A DNA stretch of 63,605 nt, filler included, from Chrysochromulina tobinii (Eukaryota): the NCBI GenBank assembly GCA_001275005.1. It is 4 parts of 4 records of this genome, joined end to end, with 100 filler letters (N's around TTAATTAATTAA, not from the genome) between each part and the next. Parts side by side here need not be neighbours in the genome. Positions count along the whole stretch, not along the records: positions 24,921 to 42,188 come from JWZX01001393.1; 3 more parts are not named here. The stretch is one strand, 5' to 3'. Made by a program: the position numbers and the translations under genes. Of this stretch, positions 29,932-39,286 are shown in pieces; positions within the stretch are counted from its first letter, which is position 1; every line of letters begins with the position of its first letter. The notes below the pieces were generated by a model that did no database searches, was not told where the DNA came from, and saw nothing but the letters and a program-made list of their open reading frames with translations.

Positions 29932-32133
29932 TTACAGGAAGTAGGCGCGGCGGAGCTGCCCGAGCACGAGCCGCTCGCCTGTACACGGGTCCACCAGTGC
30001 GTCGCTCTCGGCGAGCGCCGTGAGCACCTTGCGAGAATACACGCGGCCGCTCGGAAGCACGAATGGCGGGTTGGTGTCATCCATACACTCACCCGAGAGC
30101 CGGCACACGAGCGACGAGTAGGGGCGCTCGACGTTTGGCACGTGCGCCGCGAGCGTCGCGTACGGCTCGCAGCACACCGGGCAGCTGCATGCGGCTGCTG
30201 CATCGAGAGGCGCTGGCGCGGGCGCTACGGACGCGCTGGTCGAGGGCAGGGCACCGCCACTGCCCTGTTTCGCATTGACGAAACCAGCCATCGACGCCTG
30301 TCGACTCGCGGTGCCCGAGGCGACGCGTGCCTCTACCACCCTGGCCGCCGCAGCGAGGTCGTGGACGCCTGCCGCCGCCGCCGCGGTGGCCTCCGCCTCC
30401 ACCTCGGCCGCGGCGAGGCTCGCCAGGTGGCGCTGCACACGCTCCTCGAGATTGCCGCCGAGATTGCCCCCGAGATTGCCGCTGAGATTGCCGCCGAGAT
30501 TGCCTCCGTGCCGAGCGTCGCGCAGCCTCGTGCCATCACGGCGCCTCATCGAGGGACCACCGCTCGCCTCGGCCGCCTCGTCGGCGCTCGATACGGCGCT
30601 CGATGCTCGAGTACGCTCAAGCAGGACGCGTGTGAGTGAGCGCGCTCGCTCCGAGAGCATCGTCAGTGGATCGGCACTCAGCACCGGCGGCAGCGCCGCC
30701 GCGGCCGCTGCCCCCGCCGTTGTCACCCGAGCATCGTCCCGAGCGCCGTACCGAGCATCTGCCAGAGCGCCGTCCCGAGCATCTTCCCGCGCGTCGTCCC
30801 GAGCGTCCCGAGCGCCGTCCCGAGCATCGTCGCGAGCGCCGTCGCGAGCGCCCGGCTCCCCCGGCTCCATCGCAAAGGGTTCGGCAGCTGCTGGGGCCGG
30901 CGCGCCCCAAAGCGCCTCCCGATCGGCCGTGGCGCTGTGTCGGTGCACAATTGGATCAGCCGTTACGGCTTTAGCGGCGGCCTTGGCGGCGGCTCTGGCG
31001 GCTGCCGTAGACGCACCGGCCGCCGTTTCGCCGGCCGTTGGCGAGGGCTCGAGCGGCGAGGGCACGACGCAGCTCGGGGTGCGCAAGCATGCCAGGGCGG
31101 CCCAGATCGTCTGGATCAGGAGAGGGTGCGATGGCGCGCTGGTGAGCGCCCGGTGTGCGGCGTCGAAGGCGGCGATGACCTCGGACCAGCGTGCCACGTC
31201 ATCGTAGAGTGGGTGAGGCGGCGGCGGCACGACGCCCGGCACGACGCCCGGCGAGGCCGCGCCTGTGGGAATGGCGCCCGGCACGACGCCCGGCGAGGCC
31301 GCGCCTGTGGGAATGGCGCCCGGCACGACGCCCGGCGAGGCCGCGCCTGTGGGAATGGGCTCGCCGTCGTCGGCAGCCGGCGGGCCGCCCGCGCCCGGCA
31401 CGACGCCCGCGGCCGGCGCGCAGCAGCCCCCGGGCGTCGGGGAGGGTGTGGGGATTGGCAACGGGGATGGCGTACCCAAGGCTAGCGCGCCCATCGCGGC
31501 CTGCACGAGCGCCGTGTGCTCGGGGCAGAGGGGCGCGAGGTGCTGGCGCGCGTAGCTCACCGCTGCGACCACGTCGCCCTCGCGCGCGTGCCTCGCGAAC
31601 ACGCGCAGGTGGAGCAAGCTCTCGAGTGGCGATGACAGCTTCTTGAGCCGGGCGTGGTGCAGCGAGCACCACTCGAGTACGGGCTGCACGTCGCGGGCGG
31701 CGAGCGCGGCAAGCAACCGCCGCCGCTCCTCGAGCGAACGCGGCGTGCATGCCGCCGCTGCTGCCGCCACCGCCACCTCACCGCCGATGCCGTCCGCAGG
31801 CTCCTCTGCGACGAGCGCGTTGGCCGAGGCAATGAAACCCTGCCGCGGTAGGTAGTCGATGAGGAGCTCGTCGAGCGCCGGTGGGGTGTTCTGCGCAAGG
31901 CGGCGGCGGCATGCGTGCAGGTGGCCCTCCTCAGCGTCGTGCGCCTCCGAGAGCCGCCGCTTGAGCGCATGTAGGGCCGAGATGGTCTTCGCCACCGCTT
32001 CGGTCGCGCCCGCAGCGGTCGTCGGGGGTGCGGCGGTCTCTACGTGATAAAGGGCCGTGCTCAGGTCTCGTTCGGTGCGCTTCGCCTCGGCGCGGGCAAA
32101 GTAGAGCACCTCCGCGAGCTGCTGTTGAAACAT
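29932..32133 (-). CDS. GID/CTLH E3 ligase subunit MAEA/Fyv10-like (LisH-CTLH-CRA, degenerate RING)
   Basis: LLIDYL.RQG, VLEWC..H..RLKKLSSPLE, AVSYARQHL, CPVC, SSLVCRLSGECMDDTNPPFVLPSGRVYS. Confidence 0.85.
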   Translation of the reverse strand: MFQQQLAEVLYFARAEAKRTERDLSTALYHVETAAPPTTAAGATEAVAKTISALHALKRRLSEAHDAEEGHLHACRRRLAQNTPPALDELLIDYLPRQGFIASANALVAEEPADGIGGEVAVAAAAAACTPRSLEERRRLLAALAARDVQPVLEWCSLHHARLKKLSSPLESLLHLRVFARHAREGDVVAAVSYARQHLAPLCPEHTALVQAAMGALALGTPSPLPIPTPSPTPGGCCAPAAGVVPGAGGPPAADDGEPIPTGAASPGVVPGAIPTGAASPGVVPGAIPTGAASPGVVPGVVPPPPHPLYDDVARWSEVIAAFDAAHRALTSAPSHPLLIQTIWAALACLRTPSCVVPSPLEPSPTAGETAAGASTAAARAAAKAAAKAVTADPIVHRHSATADREALWGAPAPAAAEPFAMEPGEPGARDGARDDARDGARDARDDAREDARDGALADARYGARDDARVTTAGAAAAAALPPVLSADPLTMLSERARSLTRVLLERTRASSAVSSADEAAEASGGPSMRRRDGTRLRDARHGGNLGGNLSGNLGGNLGGNLEERVQRHLASLAAAEVEAEATAAAAAGVHDLAAAARVVEARVASGTASRQASMAGFVNAKQGSGGALPSTSASVAPAPAPLDAAAACSCPVCCEPYATLAAHVPNVERPYSSLVCRLSGECMDDTNPPFVLPSGRVYSRKVLTALAESDALVDPCTGERLVLGQLRRAYFL
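31238..31360 (-). repeat. 42-bp coding tandem repeat, about 3 copies (GAIPTGAASPGVVP)
   Basis: GGCACGACGCCCGGCGAGGCCGCGCCTGTGGGAATGG is repeated on the plus strand. Confidence 0.9.
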
Positions 32134-32561
32134 GGCTTTGCGTGCGGACGGACGAGTTGACGGACGCACGCGCGAGCACGAGACCGCGCGACGAAATTAT
32201 TGCGGACAATTTATGTCTATAAGGGAAGTTCGAGTAGGGAAGGTGGACTCGCGAGTTTGGGTGCCTTCCAGTGGAGACTGCGAGGGCGTTGAATGGGCGT
32301 TGATGCGCATTGACATGAAACCACCAGTCTCGGTGCCAACATGGGTTCTTTCTGGGCCCTCTTGCGCACAGCATTGAGTTGCGCGCTCTCTACGTGGTGC
32401 GCGCCTGACTGGCCCATTACAGGCGTCGCGGGCCTCCACTTGGAGCTCTCGGCACGCTCTCCCTGGCTGCCGTGACGGCGGCGTTTCCTCACGCTCTCAC
32501 CCTCCGCCACCGCCCTGTGCACGTAGGCTTTGGAGGAGAGCGCTATTCTCTGCCCGTTGCG

Positions 32562-34215
32562 ATGTCGATCACATCTGACGAGCTCAACTTCTTGGTGTAT
32601 CGATACCTGCATGAGTCAGGTGCGCATCGCGCACCATGGTGCAACATCTGCGAGATGGCTTCAGCGCAGACAGCCAGTCACGAGCGGTCACGCACACGCA
32701 GATCACCCTCCGCCGCCGCGCTCTGTGCACCGCCACACAGCGCTGCTCACGCGCGCGCTGCGCTTGCAGGTTTCCGGCACGCCGCCTTCACTTTCGGCGC
32801 TGAGAGCTTGGTCGCCAAGAGCAACATCAACGGCGCCAAGATCCCGCCGGGCCAGCTGATCAGCTTCGTGCAGAAAGGCATCATGTATCAGGAATTGGAG
32901 CGCAGCGTGGCGGACGACGGGTCGGTCGCGGGCTCGAGCGAGCCCTTCTCGCTGCTGCGCGCCTCCGACGGCACCGCCGGCAAGGCGAGCCCGTCCGAAG
33001 GCCCTCCTCCCGCCAAGAAGCACAAGTCGGAGAACGACAGCAGCAGAGGCGCCGGCAGCTCGCGCGTTGTTGCGAGCGCCGATGACGGCAGCAGCAGCAG
33101 CGGCGGCGGCGCGCGCGAGCTCATCACCACGGAGGACGAGGTGACGACGCTCGCGGGCCACGAGGGCGAGGTCTTCATCTGTGCGTGGAACCCGTCGTCT
33201 CTGCTGCTCGCGAGCGGGTCAGGTGACGCGACGGCCCGGATCTGGCGCGTGCCAGAGGGACCGTCGGGCAAAGGCGCAGAGGGCGCAGATGAGCGAGCCG
33301 TACGTGTTGCAGCACCTGTCGCAGGACAAAAGCGAGGGCAAGAGCAAGGACGTGACCACGCTCGACTGGAACCACAGCGGCTCCGCGCTCGCCACAGGCT
33401 CGTATGATGGGCAGGCGCGCATATGGTCAGCCAGCGGAAAGCTCACAGCGACGCTCACGAAGCACAAGGGTCCGATCTTTTCGCTCAAGTGGAACGCGAG
33501 CGGCAAGTACCTGCTCTCCGGCAGCGTCGACAAGACGGCCATCATCTGGGACGTGCAGAAAGCCGATGTGCTCCAGCAGTTCGCCTTTCACAAGGAGCCC
33601 ACGCTGGACGTCGACTGGAGAGACGAAGACTCGTTCGCGAGCTGCTCGACCGACAAGATGATCTTCGTGTGCAAGCTCGGGCACGCGCAGTATCTCAAGT
33701 GCTTCCAGGGGCACAAGGACGAGGTGAACGCGATCAAGTGGGACCCGTCTGGCCAGTGGCTCGCCTCGTGCTCTGATGACCACACAGCCAAGGTCTGGAG
33801 TATGTCGCAGAGCTCCTGCAAAAGCGACCTGCAAGACCATACCAAGGAGATCTACACGATCAAGTGGAGCCCGACCGGACCGGGCAGCGCCAACCCGTCG
33901 GGCAAGCTTGTGCTCGCCTCCGCCTCCTTCGACTCCACTATCCGGATATGGGACGCCCTTTCCGGCGTGTGTTTACACGTCCTGTCCAAGCATCAGGACC
34001 CTGTCTACTCGGTCGCCTTCTCCGCCAACGGGCAGTACCTCGCTTCAGGCTCTTTCGACAAGTGCCTGCATATTTGGTCGGTGCGCGACGGCAGCCTCAT
34101 GAAGACGTACCGAGGCCACGGTGGCATCTTCGAGGTCGCGTGGAATGCGGCGGGGACCAAGGTGGCCGCGTGCTTCAGCAACAACACCGTCGCTGTCATC
34201 GACACGCGGGTGTGA
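32562..34215 (+). CDS. TBL1: TBL1/TBL1XR1-like LisH-WD40 corepressor subunit; intron 32620-32769; apparent 1-nt frameshift near 33270
   Basis: [75 protein letters not shown]. Confidence 0.92.
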
Positions 34216-34696
34216 GTGGCACAGCACGACCCACGCGCGCGTCGTACGTCTCTCGCGCGTTCGGTTGCACCTCGCGAGTCTTTTGGTTTGAGGAGAGTCG
34301 CGACGCCATGGTGCCATGCGCGCATCGCAGTGCCAAAACGGGGACTACCGGGGGGCTGTGTTCGAGCACACACGCTCTGCATGCCTACTAGTATATGTTC
34401 TGAAGATGTATTATATGCACTTTGTATGTACAGGCACACGGCCACAGACACCCCGGCGCTCAAATTCAGCGGGCGGGGGGGCGAGGCGCGTTAGAGGCGC
34501 GGGGGTGTCGGCTGTCGCGGGGTAGGCGCGAGGGGGCGTTTCCGGCATCAAGCATGCCGGTGCAATAGGTTTCATTATGGTGACCATACATTTGTTATGT
34601 AGACATTAGCATGCATTCGACACCGATCATGATGATGACGAAGTACTTACTTGTGTTCATAAGAGCGGCTCGTTCGAGACCGGCCGGTGAGGTCCC

Positions 34697-36028
34697 ATGT
34701 CTCGCCCTCGCGGCGTCACGCTGTCAGTCTTCGCTGCGCTTAGTTTGTCTGGTGCCGATTTTCAGCATGGTGTGCAGCATGGTGTGCAGCAGCCTGTGCA
34801 GCACACGCATACTGGCGCCGATCCGCGGACTGGCGAAACGTACCAGCTGGATGTCCCGCAACTCGGCCCTTGCGAAACGTGCCGAATGGACGTCAACGCA
34901 GACCAAGCCAACCATCATGCATGTGTTCAAGAATGCGCACCATCGTCGCCGTCTCCGCCGCCGCCGTATCATGCTCCACGCCCTTTGCCCCCGCCAAACT
35001 TCACGCCGCACCCTCCAGCACCAAGGCCGTCGGACTGCCCAGACTTTTGCGACCTAACGTGTGATGTGGCCTCGTACACCGAATGTGTTGGCTGTGTGTC
35101 TGACGACTGCGCGCGCGCTGCCATGCGCACCGCGCAAAGCTCTCCACCTGCGGCGATCGAGGAGCCGCAGTGGATCGACTTTGGCGAAGAGACGCATGCA
35201 GCGTCGCCACCACCGCGACCGCCACGCCCAAGCCCACCACCACCGCGACCGCGGCCCTGGACGCTGCCCTCATCATCGACCACCACGACGATGAGCTTCA
35301 CGGCTCTTGAAGAATACGAGTCGCCGCCGCCGCCGCCGCCGCCGCCAGACGATTGGAGCGATGAGGCCATGGATGAGACCGATCTCGTCGGCACTGCCGG
35401 CTTCGTGGACCACTTTGCGCAGCGCATCATCAACCCTGGGCGCTTCACGCCACCACATCGGCCGCCGCCGCCGCATCGGCAGGAATCCCCGACGGCATCC
35501 TCCCCCGCTGCTCCAGACCCCCCGCCGCCCGTCAGTTCATCGTCCGCCTCGGCGGTCGTCCACGGCATGGCGGCTCTGCTACTCATCGGCCTTGCAGCGG
35601 TTCTCACATTGACGGTGGGCCGGCCGCAGTTGCAACGCACTGCTGAGGCGGACACGGCGGTGGGGCAGGGTGCAAGGGTGCTCGTCGCGTGTGCGGACCG
35701 GCTACACGAGCGGTGGAGCGAGCTGCGGCCGGGGGCGCCCACGCGACATCTGGCATCGAGTGAAATGCACAAGGGCTTTCAAGTGCAGGGTTTCGAGGGG
35801 GGCGACGAGAGGGGGGGCGACGATGATGAGATGGACGAGGCGAGTCATCATCAAGAGGGATCGGACGAGACGGACGATGAGCTCGGTACGACGCGAGGCG
35901 CTCGGGACCACGCGAAGCGTGTGGGCGTGGACTTCGATGCGGACGAGGAGCTTGGACATCTGAATGGGGATCGCCGCATGGCTGCGGGATTTGGCACGCT
36001 TGACATGGCCAGATGTGATCTCGATTGA
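34697..36028 (+). CDS. Hypothetical Pro-rich membrane protein with signal peptide
   Basis: N-terminal hydrophobic stretch, Cys clusters and TM segment AALLLIGLAAVLTLTV. Confidence 0.6.
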   Translation: MSRPRGVTLSVFAALSLSGADFQHGVQHGVQQPVQHTHTGADPRTGETYQLDVPQLGPCETCRMDVNADQANHHACVQECAPSSPSPPPPYHAPRPLPPPNFTPHPPAPRPSDCPDFCDLTCDVASYTECVGCVSDDCARAAMRTAQSSPPAAIEEPQWIDFGEETHAASPPPRPPRPSPPPPRPRPWTLPSSSTTTTMSFTALEEYESPPPPPPPPDDWSDEAMDETDLVGTAGFVDHFAQRIINPGRFTPPHRPPPPHRQESPTASSPAAPDPPPPVSSSSASAVVHGMAALLLIGLAAVLTLTVGRPQLQRTAEADTAVGQGARVLVACADRLHERWSELRPGAPTRHLASSEMHKGFQVQGFEGGDERGGDDDEMDEASHHQEGSDETDDELGTTRGARDHAKRVGVDFDADEELGHLNGDRRMAAGFGTLDMARCDLD

Positions 36029-36432
36029 TCCGCAGCCGGAGCCAGATGGGGGTCGATCAGATGATGTGTGGGTGGGTTGAGGTTCGGATCGTCGACATGG
36101 TTGTCACAGGGTCGTCACAGGGTCGTCAAGCAAAGTTGGCTGCCATGCCTGGACTCACGGCGGTTGTGAACTCACGGCGGTTGTGAATTGCGAATGACTT
36201 GGCGACTCTCAGGACGCCTTGTTCCGGTCTCCATTTCGCCGTTCAACTACGTCGGCCTGGTGGCTGTACACAGTGCACATCGAGACGTGGGTGAGATACC
36301 ATGCGTTCGTGCTGGAAAGGGACTTAAAATTGGGCTTCTCTCTCGCTTGGCCGTTGGGTCCCCCGCGTTTTGAATCATGTTGCGACTCAGGTTGAGTGTT
36401 TTAACAGCCAATTTCACAGCGGAATCTGCGGA

Positions 36433-38169
36433 ATGGAGCTTCCCCTGCTCCCTTTCTTTGCCTTGGTCCTTGGCGCATTGACGTTCGACCTTGCGAATTT
36501 TGCACCGTCCGCGCCTGCGAAACCCCTGCATGTGCCTGCTGTGTTTGAAGCCGCCCCTTCTGCTGCTCCTGCGAGGGCCGTGGTCATCGCCATAGCTATG
36601 GTTCTCGCCTCGCTGGTCTTATGGCTCCGCGCGCGTGTTCGTCAACCACCAGCTGGCCTGGCACGCCCACCAGTAGCTCCCGGCGCCGTGCCCATCCTCG
36701 GCCACGCGCTCGCGTACAAGGACGACCCGGCAGCGTTTCTCGTCGCGACGTGCGAGAGTGTCGGCCCGATATTCAGCATCAACCTGGCCGGGAAGCGGAT
36801 GATAGTGGTTGGACCCTCGATCAACGCAACCAAGCAGGTCGCTCTCGCGCCCGAGTCGCAGCTCTCGGCTCGCCAGGCCGTCGCCGATATAGGCTTCAAC
36901 GAGACTTTGGGCCCTCTCAACGTCTTCCGCGGCACCGACATGCACAAGCGGTGGATCAAGGATGCCTATGGTGGTCCGTCCGGGCTGGAGGAGGAGATTG
37001 AGCCGCTCTGGCACTCGCTCGGTCGGTCGCTCAAGGAAGAAATCTACTTCAACTTTGGCACGTGCTCAGAGAATCCGGGCGATACCAACACGGTCGTCGC
37101 TGACCTCTTCGGCTTGGTGAGGGCGAGTGTGCTGCGCTGCCAGATGGAACGGCTCCTCGGCGTACCCATTCTCATCGCCGCGGGCCATGAGCATGGGGCT
37201 CCCGCGAGAATGGGCTTCGTCAAGACCTTCATGGAGTTCCAGGATGCCATCGAGCACGCGACTGCCATGGCGGCCCTGCTCCCACGCGCGCTCGCGCTAC
37301 CGCTCGTGCTCTGGCCGGTTGCACGTCGGCGGCGTCGGCTGGTGGCTCGACTCGCTCAGGCGATCGACGAGGCGGACAAGCTGACGGAGCTCGCGGCGCT
37401 TGGTAGCTGGTACCGCAGCATGCGCGGCCGCAGCCCTGCCCTCTCGAGCCTCGAGATCGCCGAGCTCGCGACCGGCCTCTTGTTTGCTTCCCACAAGAAC
37501 CCTTCGATAGGGGCTGCGCAGACTGTGTGCGCGCTGCTCGAGCTACCGCGGCCTGGGAGCGATCTGCCTGGGAGCGAGGTGCGCGAGGCGGCCTTTGAGG
37601 AGGCCATGCGCATGGCCGCCAACCCGAGCGCGGCCACGCTCTCCGAGTGCCACGTCATCCGAACGGCGGTGCTTGAGACTCTGCGACTCAGCGCTCATGC
37701 CATAGGCGCAGTGCGGACCGTGGCAGCGGAGGGCGGCTTCATTCTCGACGACAAGTACTGGGCTGCTCCTGGCGAGACGATCGCGCTCACCCACATTGCT
37801 GTCCATCGATCGGAGGCGATCTGGGGTCCGAACTGCAAGAGGTTCAGCTTGGATCGCAACGAGTACGAGCCGCATGTCGCCGACGACCCCAAGAACGAGC
37901 ATGTCATGGACGGCGATCCGGCCGGGGGGGTCGTCCTCGACGAGTACACGTACACGACCTTCTCACACGGGCTGCACAAGTGCCCGGGAGAGCGCCTCGC
38001 CCTACGCACCATGGAGTGCGTGGTTGCGGCGCTGCTCTCGTCCGGCGTGCATCTTGACACAGAGCTGCCCCCCGTTTCGTTTGAGCGCGCGACGCTTGCG
38101 CAGAGGCAGGGAAAGGTCCAGGTCTTGCTCTCGAATGGCAAACTCGTGCGCCTTGCGTCGGCCTACTAG
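36433..38169 (+). CDS. Cytochrome P450
   Basis: TM anchor, PILGHAL, ETLR (K-helix) and FSHGLHKCPG heme motif. Confidence 0.92.
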   Translation: MELPLLPFFALVLGALTFDLANFAPSAPAKPLHVPAVFEAAPSAAPARAVVIAIAMVLASLVLWLRARVRQPPAGLARPPVAPGAVPILGHALAYKDDPAAFLVATCESVGPIFSINLAGKRMIVVGPSINATKQVALAPESQLSARQAVADIGFNETLGPLNVFRGTDMHKRWIKDAYGGPSGLEEEIEPLWHSLGRSLKEEIYFNFGTCSENPGDTNTVVADLFGLVRASVLRCQMERLLGVPILIAAGHEHGAPARMGFVKTFMEFQDAIEHATAMAALLPRALALPLVLWPVARRRRRLVARLAQAIDEADKLTELAALGSWYRSMRGRSPALSSLEIAELATGLLFASHKNPSIGAAQTVCALLELPRPGSDLPGSEVREAAFEEAMRMAANPSAATLSECHVIRTAVLETLRLSAHAIGAVRTVAAEGGFILDDKYWAAPGETIALTHIAVHRSEAIWGPNCKRFSLDRNEYEPHVADDPKNEHVMDGDPAGGVVLDEYTYTTFSHGLHKCPGERLALRTMECVVAALLSSGVHLDTELPPVSFERATLAQRQGKVQVLLSNGKLVRLASAY

Positions 38170-38466
38170 ACGATTGTGACACGTGTTGGTCTGACGTGGA
38201 GGTGCTCGCGCAGCGCATACTGAGATGAGTTTGCGAGTGAATAATCAGCAGCATGTCTGATTATCCGAATCTGTGTGCGCTGCGCGTACTACGTCAGAGT
38301 GACTTCGTTTGCAGTCTAGCCACATTCAAATTGGTGAAAATGATCAATAATGAGCCGCGATGAGATGCGACCGTGTCGTTCCGAGAGGGTGGTACGTCCA
38401 CGGCACACCGGGCCCGCTGCGTCGCACATCGCACGTCGCATACCCGCCACCCGCCCGCCACCCGCG

Positions 38467-39132
38467 TCACAATTCATCCCGGTGCCGACGAGGGTCGGGA
38501 TGATCGCTCGCTCCGGCCATGGTACTGTGTGGCGCGTCATACCTCGGCTCTTCATCATATTCATATACATCCCGCATCTTGTCGCGGATTCCATGCAGCA
38601 GCGAGCGCAGGCCATCCGCTCGCTCACTCTTGGCTATCTTGGCCTCGTCCGGATCGTCCTCGTCCAGAGACGGAAGCGGACGCTCCGGATACAGGACCAT
38701 AACGGCTCTCCTCAACTCCTCGAGCGATGGGAACTCGGGCACCATCCGTGCGTCTTCGGGCACAGCCCTGGGGTCTGTGCCAAACTCCGCAGTGAGTTGC
38801 TTCCGGATATGGCTCGCGACATCGCCATACCGCTGGAGCTGACTGCGTCTTGCACCGTCAAGCAGCAGCCGGTACATGAGACGCACCGCAATCGGCTCGC
38901 CAGCAGCCGCACGCACGGTTGCCATGTGGAAGAAGATCTTCGGGCCCTCAGTGCTGAACTCGATGCCCATGTCTTGCGTGTTGTCTGGAAAGCTGATCAG
39001 CATGTACGAGAAGCCCGGGTTCTCTGCCAGCGTCTGGCGTTGGAGAGCAAGCGCTGCCGACTCGCGAGCTGCCACAACTACTTGTACGCTGATCAGCGCC
39101 AGCGCCGCCGCGAGAACTCGGTTCGTGGACAT
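38467..39132 (-). CDS. Hypothetical secreted protein
   Basis: ATG ORF with signal-peptide-like N-terminus (VLAAALALISVQVVVA). Confidence 0.55.
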   Translation of the reverse strand: MSTNRVLAAALALISVQVVVAARESAALALQRQTLAENPGFSYMLISFPDNTQDMGIEFSTEGPKIFFHMATVRAAAGEPIAVRLMYRLLLDGARRSQLQRYGDVASHIRKQLTAEFGTDPRAVPEDARMVPEFPSLEELRRAVMVLYPERPLPSLDEDDPDEAKIAKSERADGLRSLLHGIRDKMRDVYEYDEEPRYDAPHSTMAGASDHPDPRRHRDEL

Positions 39133-39286
39133 CGCGTTCACGCGCTCGGTCACCTCGCTAATCTCGTCAGATGTTTGAACGAACGCCAATCGAACGCCAA
39201 TCAAGACCTCCCTCAAGCAATCGACGCGCTCGCGGCGGCTCTTCGTTCACACTGATTCGGTCCGTTCTCTCGAATTCCGCAAACAC

